This document shows positions 52,269 through 64,000 of a stretch of 64,000 nucleotides of DNA, in pieces. Made by a program: the position numbers and the translations under genes. Positions within the stretch are counted from its first letter, which is position 1, and each line of letters begins with the position of its first letter. The DNA lies in NCBI GenBank assembly GCA_951406725.2, contig OX597814.1, positions 205,406,001 through 205,470,000 of the forward strand. Direction: 5' to 3'. Below the pieces are notes generated by a model, which was not told the DNA's origin, did not search any database, and worked only from the letters and a program-made list of their open reading frames with translations. This DNA comes from Octopus vulgaris (lineage: Eukaryota).

Positions 52269-52811
52269 AGAATTTTGCCACCTGTATCACCACTACCAGT
52301 AACCATAGCTAATTCCTTTCTTCAGCACTTTCTAGAAGCACCCTTCATTCATCAGGCAATATGCTGTGCATATAAAGACCTGTTGAATCAAGTGGAATCG
52401 TAGTCATGGCTGATGCCAGTGCTACCTGACTGGCATCCGTGCCAGTGGCACATGAAAAGCACCTTTCGAGTGTGGCTGATACCAGTGTCACCTTACTGGC
52501 TCCCATGCTGGGGACATGTAAAAAACTCCCACTAAACTCTTGGAGTGGTGGCATTAGGAAGGGCATCCAGCTGTAGAAACCTTGCCAAATCAGATTGGCA
52601 CTTGGTGTAACCTCCTGGCTTGCTAGTCTTCAGTCAAACCATCCAACCCATGACAGCATGCAAAGCAGATGTTAAACGATGACGAGGATAATGATGACGA
52701 CAGTACATTAGAAACAACAGCACAGCAAAATATGCTCTCTGATCTACACTAGCATGTAAAACAGACGTTAAACAATGATGGTGACGATGATGATGATGAT
52801 GATATATATGA

Positions 52812-53043
52812 AGGTGGCTAGCTGGCAGAAACGTTAGCACGCCGGGCGAAATGCTTAGCGGTATTTCGTCTGCCGTTACGTTGTGAGTTCAAATTCCGCC
52901 AAGGTTGACTTTGCCTTTCATCCTTTCGGGGTCGATAAATTAAGTACCCATTGCGCACTGGGGTCGATGTAATCGACTTAATACCTATGTTTGTCCTTGT
53001 TTGTCCCCTCTATGTTTAGCCCCTTGTGGGTAATAAAGAAATA
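52812..53043 (+). mobile_element. SINE family B (young)
   Basis: Full length, CpG-intact. Confidence 0.9.
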
Positions 53044-53209
53044 GATATATATCTATATAAACATAATTAAAGCATAAAATCATGAAAATTAATGGATTTT
53101 TTATCAGTGGCCAGCATATAAAAGAAACTTTTACATAAAATACATATATAGAGATATATAATTGTATAGGAGACAATTATACTTAAGGGCACAGAAACTA
53201 CCATGCCTA

Positions 53210-53446
53210 TATTCTTTTATTCTTTTATTTGTTTCAGTCATTTGACTGCGGCCATGCTGGAGCATCGCCTTTAGTCGAGCAAATCGACCACGGGACTTAT
53301 TCTTTGTAAGCCCAGTACTTATTCTATCGGTCTCTTTTTGCCGAACTGCTAAGTGATGGGGACGTAAACACACCAGCATCGGTTGTCAAGCAATGCTAGG
53401 GGGACAAACACAGACACACAAACACATACACACACATACATATCTA

Positions 53447-53488
<42 letters not shown>

Positions 53489-54141
53489 TACGACAGGCTT
53501 CTTTCAGTTTCCCTCTACCAAATCCACTCACAAGGCATTGGTTGGCCTGGGGCTATAGCAGAAGACACTTGCCCAAGATGCCACGCAGTGGACTGAACCC
53601 GGAACCATCTGGTTGGTTAGCAAGCTACTTACCACACACCCACTTCTGCGCCTATATGCTGAAAATAGACATCAAATACATCTAACCACTGCAGATACTC
53701 ACTCCACATATACAAATATATATATATTCTTTTATTCTTTCTTTTATTCTTTTACTTGTTTCAGACATGTGGCTGTGGCCATGCTGGAGCACCACCTTTA
53801 ATCGAGCAAATCAACCCCCAGGACTTATTTTTTGTAAGTGTAGTACTTATTCTATCAGCCACTTTTGCTGAACCGCTATGTTATGGGGACGTAAACACAC
53901 CAGCATCAGTTGTCAAACTATGTTGGGGGGACAAACACAGACACACAAACACATACACACATATATATACATATATACGATGGGCTTCTTTCAGTTTTCG
54001 TCTACCAAATCCACTCACAAGGCTTTGGTCGGCCTGAGGTTATAGTAGAAGACACTTGCCCAAGGTGCCATGCAGTGGGACTAAACCTGGAACCATGTGG
54101 TTGGTAAATTATCTACTTACCACACAGTCACTCCTACGCCT
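53210..54141 (-). mobile_element. Two adjacent SINE family A copies (about 53210-53652 and 53727-54141)
   Basis: Both full length on minus; further partial copies near 30400, 34500, 42180, 43735, 47005, 49380, 54920, 57840. Confidence 0.9.
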
Positions 54142-55110
54142 ATATATATATATATATATATATGTATTTGTATATATGAGTGCTCACCAATTACATTACG
54201 TCAGTTGATGAAAACTTGTATATTCTCTATAGTTGTATATATATATATTTAGACAAAAAGAGAGGGGGGGAAAGAGAGAGAGAGAAAGAGAGAGAGAGAG
54301 AGGGTAAGGGTATATAATTTTCCACACAGTTTCTGTTAAGCAAATTCCTGTTACAAGCTGTTAGTCAACCCAATGCTTTAGAAGACACCTGCCCAAAATT
54401 CCACACATTGCTATCAAAGCCAGAACGACTTGGTTCCAGAGCATATTTTATTAAACACACAAACAAACGGCAAAACATTGCGTGTGCATATGTTTATGTG
54501 TGTGTATTTGTGTGTGTGTGTGTGTGCATATGTTTGCATGTCTGTGTGTGTATGAGCATGTTTATGGATGTGTGTGATGAGTTTCTGTGTGTGTGTCTGA
54601 AATATGTCTGTAGTTCTTTCCTGTCATAGCTGTATTGCTGTTTATAAAAATACATGGTCTTGTGGTAAGGTGTTGAGATCATGATCATAAGGTTATGATT
54701 TCAATCCCAGGACTAGGTAACAAGTTTTGTGTCTGAGCAAGGTACCTCATTTCCCCTCTGCTTAGTTGCAAACAAGTACTAGCCTAATGCTAGCAGAGCC
54801 TTTGCTTCCCCTGAAATGTCACATCTTCAATCCTCCACTGGATCTTTAGTTGGGTTGGGTTTGAAAGGGTGTCAATGTCTACTCATGACTACATTGGTAC
54901 CAAAAAAAAAGTGAAGCTATCTTATCTTTTACTTGTTTCAGTCATCAGACTGTGACCATGCTAGGGCACTGCCTTGAAGAATTTTAGTCAAATGAATCAA
55001 CCCCATGACTGTGAAGAGTTTTCCGTATAAATGTCCTGAAAACTCCTCACAGCCTTGGTTTTGTTATCTGTTTTTCTCTAATATATATATGTATATGTAT
55101 GTATGTATAT

Positions 55111-56130
55111 ATCATCATCATCATCATCATCATCGTTTAGCGTCCGCTTTCCATGCTAGCATGGGTTGGACGGGTCAACTGGGGTCTGTGAAGCTGGAAG
55201 GCTTCGTCAGGCCCAGTCAGATCTGGCAGTGTTTCTACGGCTGGATGCCCTTCCTAACGCCAACCACTCCGCGAGTGTAGTGGGTGTTTTTACGTGCCAC
55301 CTGCACAGGTGCCAGACAGAGCTGGCGAACGCCCACAAATGGATGGTGCTTTTACATGTCACCGGCACGGGGCCAGGCGATGCTGGCAACGGACATGAAC
55401 GGATGGTGCTTTTACGTGCCACCGACACGGAGCCAGACAGAGCTGGCAAATGGCCATGAACGGATGGTGCTTTTACGTGTCACCGGCATGGGGGCCAGCC
55501 GAGGCTGGCAACGGACGCGAACGGATGGTGCTTTTACGTGCCACCGACACGGTTGCCAGACAGAGCTGGCAAACAGCCACGAACGGATGGTGCTTTTACG
55601 TGCCACCGACACGGGGCCAGACAGAGCTGGCAAACGGCCACGAACGGACGGTGCTTTTACGTGTCACTGGCACGGGGCCAGGCGAGGCTGGCAACGAACA
55701 CGAACGGATGGTGCTTTTACGTGCCACCGACACGGGGCCAGGCAGAGCTGGCAAACGGCCACGAGCGAATGGTGCTTTTTACGTATCACCGGCACGGGTG
55801 CCAGATGAGGCTGACAGCGGACACGAACGGATGGGTCACTTAACCCCTGCTTTCGGATATATGATTTGATTTTGATTGTTCTCACTGGTCTTGCCGGGTC
55901 TTCTCACGCACAGCATACTTCCATAGGTCTCGGTCTCTGGTCATTTCCTTGGTGAGACCTAGAGTTCGAAGGTCGTGCTTCACCACCTCGACCCAGGTTT
56001 TCCTGGGTCTACCTCTTCCACAGGTCCCCTCAACTGCCAGGGTGTGGCACTTTTTCACACACCTATCTTCATCCATTCTCACCACATGACCATACCAGCG
56101 CAATCGTCTCTCTTGCACACAACATCTGAT
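55111..56130 (-). mobile_element. 5'-truncated RTE-clade LINE: ORF C-terminus, 3'UTR with about 9 tandem ~60-bp units, (ATG)n tail
   Basis: RRLRWYGHVVRM...GRGRPRKTW...DRDLW C-terminal motifs typical of RTE; contiguous with the ggaagggcatccagccgtagaaac 3' module and (GAT)n tail. Confidence 0.85.
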
Positions 56131-56508
56131 TTATATATATATATATATATATATATTTATTTATTTAAGAATTAGGTACTTAAATTTAGACACCAAGCTA
56201 GTTCAGTATAGTCCGCACAGCTCCAAGTTAGGTGAACAGAATCATCATCATCGTTTAACGTCCATTTTCCATGCTAGCATGGGTTGGACGGTTCGACCGG
56301 GGTCTGGGAAGCCAGGAGGCTGCACCAGGCTCCAGTCTAATCTGGCAGTGTGTCTACAGCTGGATGCCCTTCCTAACGCCAACTACTCCATGAGTGTAGT
56401 GGGTGCTTTTTATGTGCCACTGGCACAGGTGCCAGGGAAGGCTGGCAACAGCCACGATCGATTGGTGCTTTTTATGTGCCACCGGCACGGAAGCCAGTGA
56501 AGGCTTGT

Positions 56509-56890
56509 AAACAAGTAATAAGGATGTCCAGGTATAAATACATTGAGGCTGTTTCAAGCAGCTCCATTAATTCCATTTAATGAAAATATTATATGAGTTT
56601 GAAAGAAACCACTCTGCCCAGAAGTCGATGACAATATAGATTTCCAACATAAAGGAGAAACCATTTTTAACAAATTTATATCAATACCAGAAACCAAAAT
56701 AATTTCATTGTTTCCTTATCTTATATTTGTGGCAGGATGTATTGATATAAATTTGTTTAAAATGGTTTATCCTGAATATTAGAAATCTATATGGTCATTT
56801 ATGCCTGAGGAGAGCAGTTTCTTTCAAATTGATGGAGCCGCTTGAAACAGCCACAATGTATTTATACCTGGACATCCTTGTTACTTATTT
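56509..56890. repeat. Fold-back (about 150-170-bp arms), probably Penelope-derived
   Basis: 56509-56688 is the reverse complement of 56739-56890 apart from one indel; abuts (TA)n. Confidence 0.8.
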
Positions 56891-57158
56891 ATATATATAT
56901 ATAGGTTTGCTCTCAGCCCTGAATTCTCCGCAAAAACCTTTTGTGGGTGGGTACTGCCAATATTGGAAGCCCTCAGTCTTATCATAAATATCTGAGTATT
57001 ACCAATTGGTTGATAACTGATGAAGAATTAGGGGCCTTCTGTGTTTGTCTCCCATCTGGTTGTACATTCAGTATACATTACGTCATTTATTTATTTACCA
57101 TACATTTTTTTCATTTATTAAGTAATGGAATGCAACACACACTGAATTTGTGTATATA

Positions 57159-57550
57159 TCTATTATATAAAATCCATTCTGTCTGTCTGTGTGTGTGTCT
57201 TCTATGATCTCAGGCATCCTCCATCCGATTGCGCTCAAATTTGATATGTAGATACCGACGGTATCAGGGCGTGTGTAAGTCTTCAAAACATTACAAAAAC
57301 CGATTCCAGGTGAGAATGCGATTGATAAAGCCATGGAAATGTGCATATTTGTGTGAATAAAATCGTTTTTCTTTGGAATAGAAAAAAAGTCTATCTTTAT
57401 TTCTTCTTTTGCTGGTGTCTCAAATTTAGGTTAAATCAGTGTTTCTCAAAGGGGAGGCCTATGGGACAGTCAGACAAGTTGTTTTGAGAAAATTTGGTTT
57501 AAATGTTTGACAACTCAGCACTGTCTATTGGACAGGGGGCGTTTTGCTCG
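57159..57550 (+). mobile_element. Non-autonomous Helitron family 2
   Basis: A|TCtattatataaaatcc...(GTCT)n...ctgtctattggacag hairpin...gCTCG|T. Confidence 0.8.
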
Positions 57551-57573
57551 TATGTATATGTGTGTGTGTATGT

Positions 57574-57638
<65 letters not shown>

Positions 57639-57765
57639 GGAGTAAACACATAAATGTGAAACAAGGTGTAAAAAGAGTACTCAAATACCAGTAGTAGAGT
57701 AATATGCTTTATTCAAAGCAGCAGAAAATTCAACAAAACCTGAATTTTCTGCTGCTTTGAATAAA

Positions 57766-57815
<50 letters not shown>

Positions 57816-58054
57816 GCACATATATGTGTATATACAACTGGCTTTCAGTTTCTGTCAGCCAAATCTACTCACAAGTCTTTGGTTGACCTGAGGCAATAGT
57901 AGAAGACACTCACCCAAGGTACGATGCAATCTTACCTGGGCCTGGAGCCTTGTGGTTCAGAAACAAACTTCTTACCACAGAGCCATGCCTGCACCCATGA
58001 ATAGTATTTTGTAAAAGTGTTTTTGCTGCTGATGTAAAATAAAAGAAAACCTAC

Positions 58055-58243
58055 CTTCTGCTGGATATCTTTATCTGTGTCTATAAAGTTTGTTGCATCA
58101 ATATCTCTTAGAAGAGAGCTGACACCTACTATTTCTAGTAGTTGCTTTGATGTACAATCTGGCAAAGGTTGAAAGCTGGCAATGCTACTGTTTAGACTTT
58201 GGAGTGGGGATGATTTCACATCAACAAGTGAAGAAATATTTTC
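58055..58243 (-). CDS. Gene A, first visible exon (uncharacterised coiled-coil protein; upstream exons not identified)
   Basis: tctgttgcag|GAA acceptor, CAGAAG|gtaggt donor, 189 nt open, phase 0-0: ENISSLVDVKSSPLQ...DTDKDIQQK; phase fits the next exon. Confidence 0.65.
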
Positions 58244-58284
58244 CTGCAACAGACAAAAACTATTATAAAAAATATAATAGAACT

Positions 58285-58575
58285 AGAATAAAGACTCAGT
58301 ACTGTAATATCCTGGGTTTCAAGGGTCCACAACTACTCGACATTCTGCCAAACAACCTCAGAGATTTGTGAGGTGTAGATGTGTAGGTCTTCAAAGAGTG
58401 CCTAGACAAATTTTTATCTGAGACACCAGATGAAAACACATTACAGCAGAGACACAAGGAAGAGCAATACTGTTCAACTTGCCACTTCATTAGAAACAGT
58501 ACAGAAAAGAAATCCAATCACACTGAAAGGTGGTGCACCAGCTTGCCCTTAGCCTCTGGTTGAAAACCAGCAAAT
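58285..58575 (+). mobile_element. Second CR1-like LINE 3' fragment
   Basis: GPQLLDILPNNLRDL...FKECLDKFLSETPDE C-terminal pattern with stops. Confidence 0.6.
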
Positions 58576-59167
58576 GATAAAAAAAAAATGATAAAAGAGA
58601 AAACTCTTAAACATGTATAAATGCTAGTTCTAAAATCTCTCTAAGAGTAAAGTCTGTTTGAATTGATGGCCATGTTGAAGTGGCTATGAACATTAGTTGT
58701 TCTTAAAAATGTAGTTTACATCTGTTTCTTAAAATAGTAGGGCATGGCTTGAAGAAGGGTCATGACTACATAAGTACTTAAAACCAATAGCAAAATCAAA
58801 GGACTTTCTACCAGGACATCCTCACTTGTGGGAGATGCTATAGTCTTCATCATCATTGTTTTACTGTCCACATTTCCATGTTTATTTGAGTTGTACAGAA
58901 TTCATTGAGGCAGATTTTCTATAACTGGATGCCCTTCCTGTCACCAACCCTCACCTTTTTTCCAAGCAAGATAATAATTCCCCCCATAGCCAGACATGTT
59001 TTTCACAGAATATTGGAAATGAATGATATTGCTGATATGACAATGGTAATTATTTGCAAGCAGCCAAGACAAGGAGACAAATACGCATGCACACACACAC
59101 TCATTCATACATACATACATACATACATACATACATACATACACACACTCACATATACACGCATGCG

Positions 59168-59201
<34 letters not shown>

Positions 59202-61066
59202 TATGACATATTGCATTTGACCTAGGCAAGTCTGCAAAAGTGAATGTTAAAATGATGATGAAGATGATTGCACTGATGGTGATGATGATGGTGGTGGTGG
59301 TGGTGGTGGTGATGATGATGATTGCAATGGTGATGATGGCAACGATGATGAGAATGAAAATGATGACATTGATGATGCAAATAATTACAATGATGAAAAA
59401 AATAATTATTTGATTTTAACACAACCAGTCAATGAATCAATACAAAATGTAATGATGTTTGTTGCTTGAAATCTCTCCCTACTGATACCAACAGCAATAT
59501 ATAGACACCAGTCAAGTATACTGGGTACCAAACATGTTGAGACCAATTGTTAGACATTATCTAAATATAGGCACCAGTCAATGTTGTTCTCAAATGGTTC
59601 TTGGTGAGGTTTAGTTTCAAAAATAATTGTTCATGCAGATAAGTCTTATGCAGATTTGCTCATGCACATAAGTCTTATATTGTTTCTAAGTACAGGGATC
59701 AATAAGTTTGTAAGTATTTTCCCACTCAGCTAAATATGTTATCTATAGAAGTCAAGTCTGGACACATCATTAGAATGAAATTTTGATCTCAATATCATCA
59801 AAATGTCATCAATATGCATCTTGTAGAATTCTAATGCAATGTCCATTTCTACATCAAATGAAATAGCAAATAAATTCAAATCGATTTCAAGAGAGTGTAA
59901 AATCAGTAACATCAAATGAAAAGTTCTTCCTTACTTCTTGGACCATATTCATGAAAATGTCAGTTTCTGGTACTTATTTGACAAGTAGGAAAATATGTAC
60001 AATTTCCACTTGGAAGCTGGCATTTCCATAGTTGTAGCTCTCTTTCCACAATATGCCTCAATACAACTTTGAAATAAAATCAAGGTATTTAAATATCTAA
60101 ATGGTATTATATAATGTCCAAATAGATTCATGAAAATATGGAACTTCCATTCGTTTTGGAGTTTCATGGAATGTTACCATCTCTTCATAGTATGCGAATA
60201 CTCTGTTGTGGGTATGGTTGTTGTGTTGGTAGTCGTGGTTGCTGTTGTTGTTGTTGATGGTGAATGAAAATGTATTTCTGGTTCTGAGTGAAGAAGTAAC
60301 TAACAACACTTGTGAACAATTAACAGAATATTTAATTACTGTACATAGTGTTTTATGTGTTGCTTTTTTACAAATACTAACAGCAATAATTACATTTTTG
60401 GGGAGACATACTGCTTGGGATTCATGACAAGCTTACTGGTATAGCAATCACTTTGGCTGGCCCCATCACAACTGGAAAATAATTGCACTGTACTTGTGGC
60501 AACAAATATTCCAGTTCTGCTATCTGCCATCCGTCTTAACTGGTTAGATGTGGAGATGAAAATGGAGACAGAACATGTGGCTGTCTCAGCATTCTGCGAT
60601 TACCACTAAAAACCACCTTCATATATAGGGGACAATGAGAAAGTTCTAGAAAATTGAATCATGTGATGGCTTGATGTTGATTGATCACTTAGTAGACCAA
60701 CCATAGGAAACTGTGGTTTGATTGTGATGTCTGCTCAGCTGCCTAGCAATTCAGTTTTGAATCACCCCTACAATTCTTTCTAGCTTTGAACCTTGACCAA
60801 TCCAGTGTAAACTGAAAAAATAAACCAGATCCTTATATTCTGCCTCTGTTTTTACCAAAATCTGATGAAGCTGGTGAGGATTTAATCCATGAGACAAGAG
60901 TAAATTCACTATTTTCAAACAATATCAAAAATATTCTTTAATTTCAAAGATTGGTGCATAATACCTCTTGATGGACAATACAATGAATTTTAGCTTGAAG
61001 CTTCCCATTTGTCTTTGCAGTAAATGCCATGAAACCATTTTTTTTTTCTGTCCCATCATTATTATT

Positions 61067-61292
61067 GGTGGCGAACTGGCAGAATTATTAGCATGCCGGG
61101 CAAAATGCTTAGCAGTATTTCGTCTGTTGCTCCATTCTGAGTTCAAATTCCACTGAGGTTGACTTTGCCTTTCATCCTTTTGGGGTTGATTAAATAGTAC
61201 CAGTTACGCACTGGGGTAGATGTAATTGACTTAATCCCTTTGTCCTTGTTTGTTTACTCTTTGTTTAGCCCCTTGTGGGCAATAAATAATTA
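61067..61292 (+). mobile_element. SINE family B inserted in hAT fossil
   Basis: TSD ccatcattattatt(ggtg) at 61053 and 61293. Confidence 0.9.
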
Positions 61293-61687
61293 CCATCATT
61301 ATTATTGGTGCTCCATCAGTTTTAATGTCAATTAGCTTCAATAGATCAAGTTTTGCCCCTGAAATCATTGTCAACAAAGCTTCCAAAGTGCTGTGTCCTT
61401 CATAGGAATTAATTGAATAAACTCTTCAAAACTTTACAAATTTAAGGATACTCTCTGTACTAGTACGATAAGTTGAGCTGCGCTTCTCAAGTCTGTGCTT
61501 TTATTTAGTGCAGTTGGAGAAAGTTTCAGTTTGTTGCATCAGCATATTTTCAACTCATCATGTGGTTGTTGCTCTTGCAGACAAGCTGATAGATGAAAAT
61601 AAAGGTTTCTTGTCAGGACAAACAATATCTACTACTATCAGTAAACATTCTTTGACGAACGTGCCATCTGTAAAAGGTTTCGCTTTT

Positions 61688-61918
61688 AGGCAGCGAGCTG
61701 GCAGAAACGTTAGCATGCCGGGCGAAATGCGTAGCCGTATTTCGTCTGCCGTTATGTTCTGAGTTCAAATTCTGCCAAGGTCAACTTTGCCTTTCATCCT
61801 TTCAGGGTCGATAAATTAAGTACCAGTTACGCACTGGGGTCGATATAATCGACTTAATCCCTTTGTCTGTCCTTGTTTGTCTCCTCTGTGTTTAGCCCCT
61901 TGTGGGTAGTAAAGAAAT
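61688..61918 (+). mobile_element. SINE family B inserted in hAT fossil
   Basis: TSD aggtttc(g/a)ctttt at 61675-61687 and 61919-61931. Confidence 0.9.
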
Positions 61919-63223
61919 AGGTTTCACTTTTCCACATGAGACTTTGTAGTTGACACAAATATATCCTTATTTTTTTTCCTACATTTTCTAGAAAAATATT
62001 AACATCAGTTTTCCAAAACTAACCTTTAGTTGCTCAACTTTCCTTACCTGCCCAATAAACTTGTTATAATTTCCTTTCTGACTTAAATGTCACCTGATAT
62101 TTGTTACCTTCTTCATAGTAATATTTTTCCTGGTTAGAGTACTTGTTATGTAAATGTTTGGTTCATTTAATATCTTGTTTGTGCTAAAGATGTCAGAAAG
62201 TCATATGACATGGCTATCAGTGCATGAAATGTCTCCTTAGCATACCTTTTAATCATCCAATTCAATTGACAATCCCTAAACAACAGATAAATATTTCAGG
62301 CATGATACACATCCAATATTTTCAATAAACTTTTGGTCATAAAATGAAAGTAAATATATTGACACTATTCAGGAATATCCACTTTTTGTTTTATTTTCCA
62401 AATTCTTGTTTTCCACAACTGAGATAATTACTTTTGCCAAAAATAAATAAATAAATAAATGAATAAAAAGAACTTTTCAAATTTTTAATTTTTCCCCTAC
62501 ATTCACCACAGTTTTCTTTTTGTTTTGTTTTTTGAAAATTATTTTCGAATTCTTTAACGATATGGAGATTATGATTATGATATGGAGATTATGACTACAC
62601 TCGCGGAGTGGTTGGCATTAGGAAGGGCATCCAGCTGTAGAAACACTGCCAGATCAGACTGGAGCCTGGTGCAGCCCCTGGCTTCCCAGATCCTGGTCGA
62701 ACCGTCCAACCCGTGCTAGCGCGGAAAACGGACGTTAAACGATGATGATAATGATGATTCTGAAAAATATTTTCTTTTTGAATTTCAATTTTTTACCTGC
62801 TTATTGCTTAAAATAATCGTCCACTTTTATTTTATGATCATAGACTGAAAGAATATGACATATTTTCTTCTTTCAGTAATTATTTAGTGCTATTTAAGCT
62901 GTATTTCTTGTTAAAATATGGCGACACAATTTGTGTGTACAAATTTAAATGATTCCACCTGAAAAATTTGCACAGAGAGTAATACATAAGAGAATCCTTC
63001 TTTGAGAATGTGTATATTCCACAGTTTGGTTTGGGACAGAATGGAACCAAGGCCCTTCATTCAAGTTCCTTCAGTGTGGTTGAGTGTACGGCCACCACAG
63101 ATGCTGCACCACCATCAACAGCTGACACAATTTCTTTGGGTGCAGATCCATGGCCTCTCAAGACTAACAGATGCCTACTATAATAATAATAATAATAATA
63201 ATAATGATGGTAATAATAATAAT

Positions 63224-63820
63224 TCAAGATGCTGAAAAGGACCTAGGGGCACCAAAGACCATGTGATAAACAAGGTTATAATAAAGAACTGTAAATGATA
63301 CCAAAAAAACTGATGGATGGCTTCAAAAAGGCTTACGACATGTTGCCACATTCGAGGATTTTGGAAACATTCAACATGTGTAGAATAGCAGAGAATGTGT
63401 GTCCACTGATTAAGAACAGCATGCCTAATTGGAAAACACATCTATCCTGTAACAACCAGCACTTAGCTGAGGTAACAATCAAAAGAGGTATTTTCCAAGG
63501 AGACTCTTGTTCACCTCTGTCATTTGTTATAGCCTTGATTCCATTTTCTATAGTCCTACACAAAGTCAATGTGCACTATAAGCTGAGAAAGAATGGACCT
63601 TGTCTTAACCACCTTCTCTTCATGGACGATTTAAAACTGTTTGCAAAAACAGAGCCTGAAATGGAGAGGCTGGTTGAGACTGTACAGATGTGTAGCAGGG
63701 ATATAGGGATAGAATTCCTTATCTCGAAGTGTGCAGTGCTTATTTTGAAGTAGGGGAAAGGAGTAAATTGTAGGGGCATAGAATTGCCAAACAAAGAGAG
63801 AATGAAAGACCCGGATGATA
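63224..63820 (+). mobile_element. R4/Dong-like non-LTR retrotransposon RT fragment
   Basis: KKAYDMLPHS, IKRGIFQGDSCSPLSF, NHLLFMDDLKLFA, DIGIEF..SKCA motifs; stops/frameshift; abuts (TAA)n. Confidence 0.8.
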
Positions 63821-64000
63821 TACACTGCTTAATTCACTAAAATATAAAGTCTTGATTTCTTGTTCAGTAACAAAAATTCTTCAGTATTGGACAGGTTTCC
63901 TCTTTCTAAGAAGAACAGATGTATAAATATACTAAGAGACTGTTTACATGTCTCTGATGATACATTTAGTACAGTCATATGGAGTCTCTACATATAGCCT

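Larger units (their letters stand above)
59500..62250 (-). pseudogene. hAT (Buster/Charlie/SPIN, GTF2IRD2-like) transposase fossil
   Basis: Ordered motifs on minus: KPFTDGTFVKECL..CPDKK..ISLS; AQL; TDGAP..MG; HCIVHQEVLC; KIVN..SHGLN..EAEYKDLVY; LQLWKCQL.SGN..FPT; TYLHEQLF..RTTLT; many stops and frameshifts. Confidence 0.85.

Noticed and set aside
51151-52302. 383-aa Leu/Ser/Phe ORF, longest in the track
   Set aside because: Translation of a CT-rich minisatellite that cannot encode stops
55284-55869. Repetitive ORFs of 100-174 aa / array of ~60-bp units
   Set aside because: Tandem units of the LINE 3'UTR, open in several frames, no spacers
59949-61146. Minus-strand ORFs as further gene A exons
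   Set aside because: Better explained as hAT transposase remnants and SINE sequence

Overview
AT-rich, microsatellite- and repeat-dense animal genomic DNA. The SINE families look like those I associate with Octopus (inference from recalled consensus motifs, not a database hit). Almost all ORF-track entries are artefacts of microsatellites or repeats. By hand I can assemble an 11-exon, phase-consistent minus-strand gene (58243->17926, about 637 codons, 5' end missing) encoding an unidentified coiled-coil protein with a Pro-rich ...CCCYSTL* C-terminus. There are also weak exon candidates for a second minus-strand transcript below 15 kb. The rest is transposon-derived: three tRNA-headed SINE families; RTE, CR1 and R4/Dong-type LINE fragments; a Penelope-like element with a GIY-YIG ORF and inverted pseudo-LTRs; two DD37D-like Tc1/mariner relics and a mariner fold-back; three non-autonomous Helitrons; and a Buster/Charlie hAT transposase fossil. 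The most notable unexplained structure is a high density of fold-back sequence. This includes several Penelope-type palindromes carrying hammerhead-ribozyme-like cores next to (TA)n tracts, a 74-bp-arm hairpin, two local inverted duplications (one brackets a frame-preserving 4-exon block), and complementary microsatellites flanking one exon. I see no prokaryotic system or CRISPR array. Repeat boundaries are approximate unless TIRs or TSDs are quoted.
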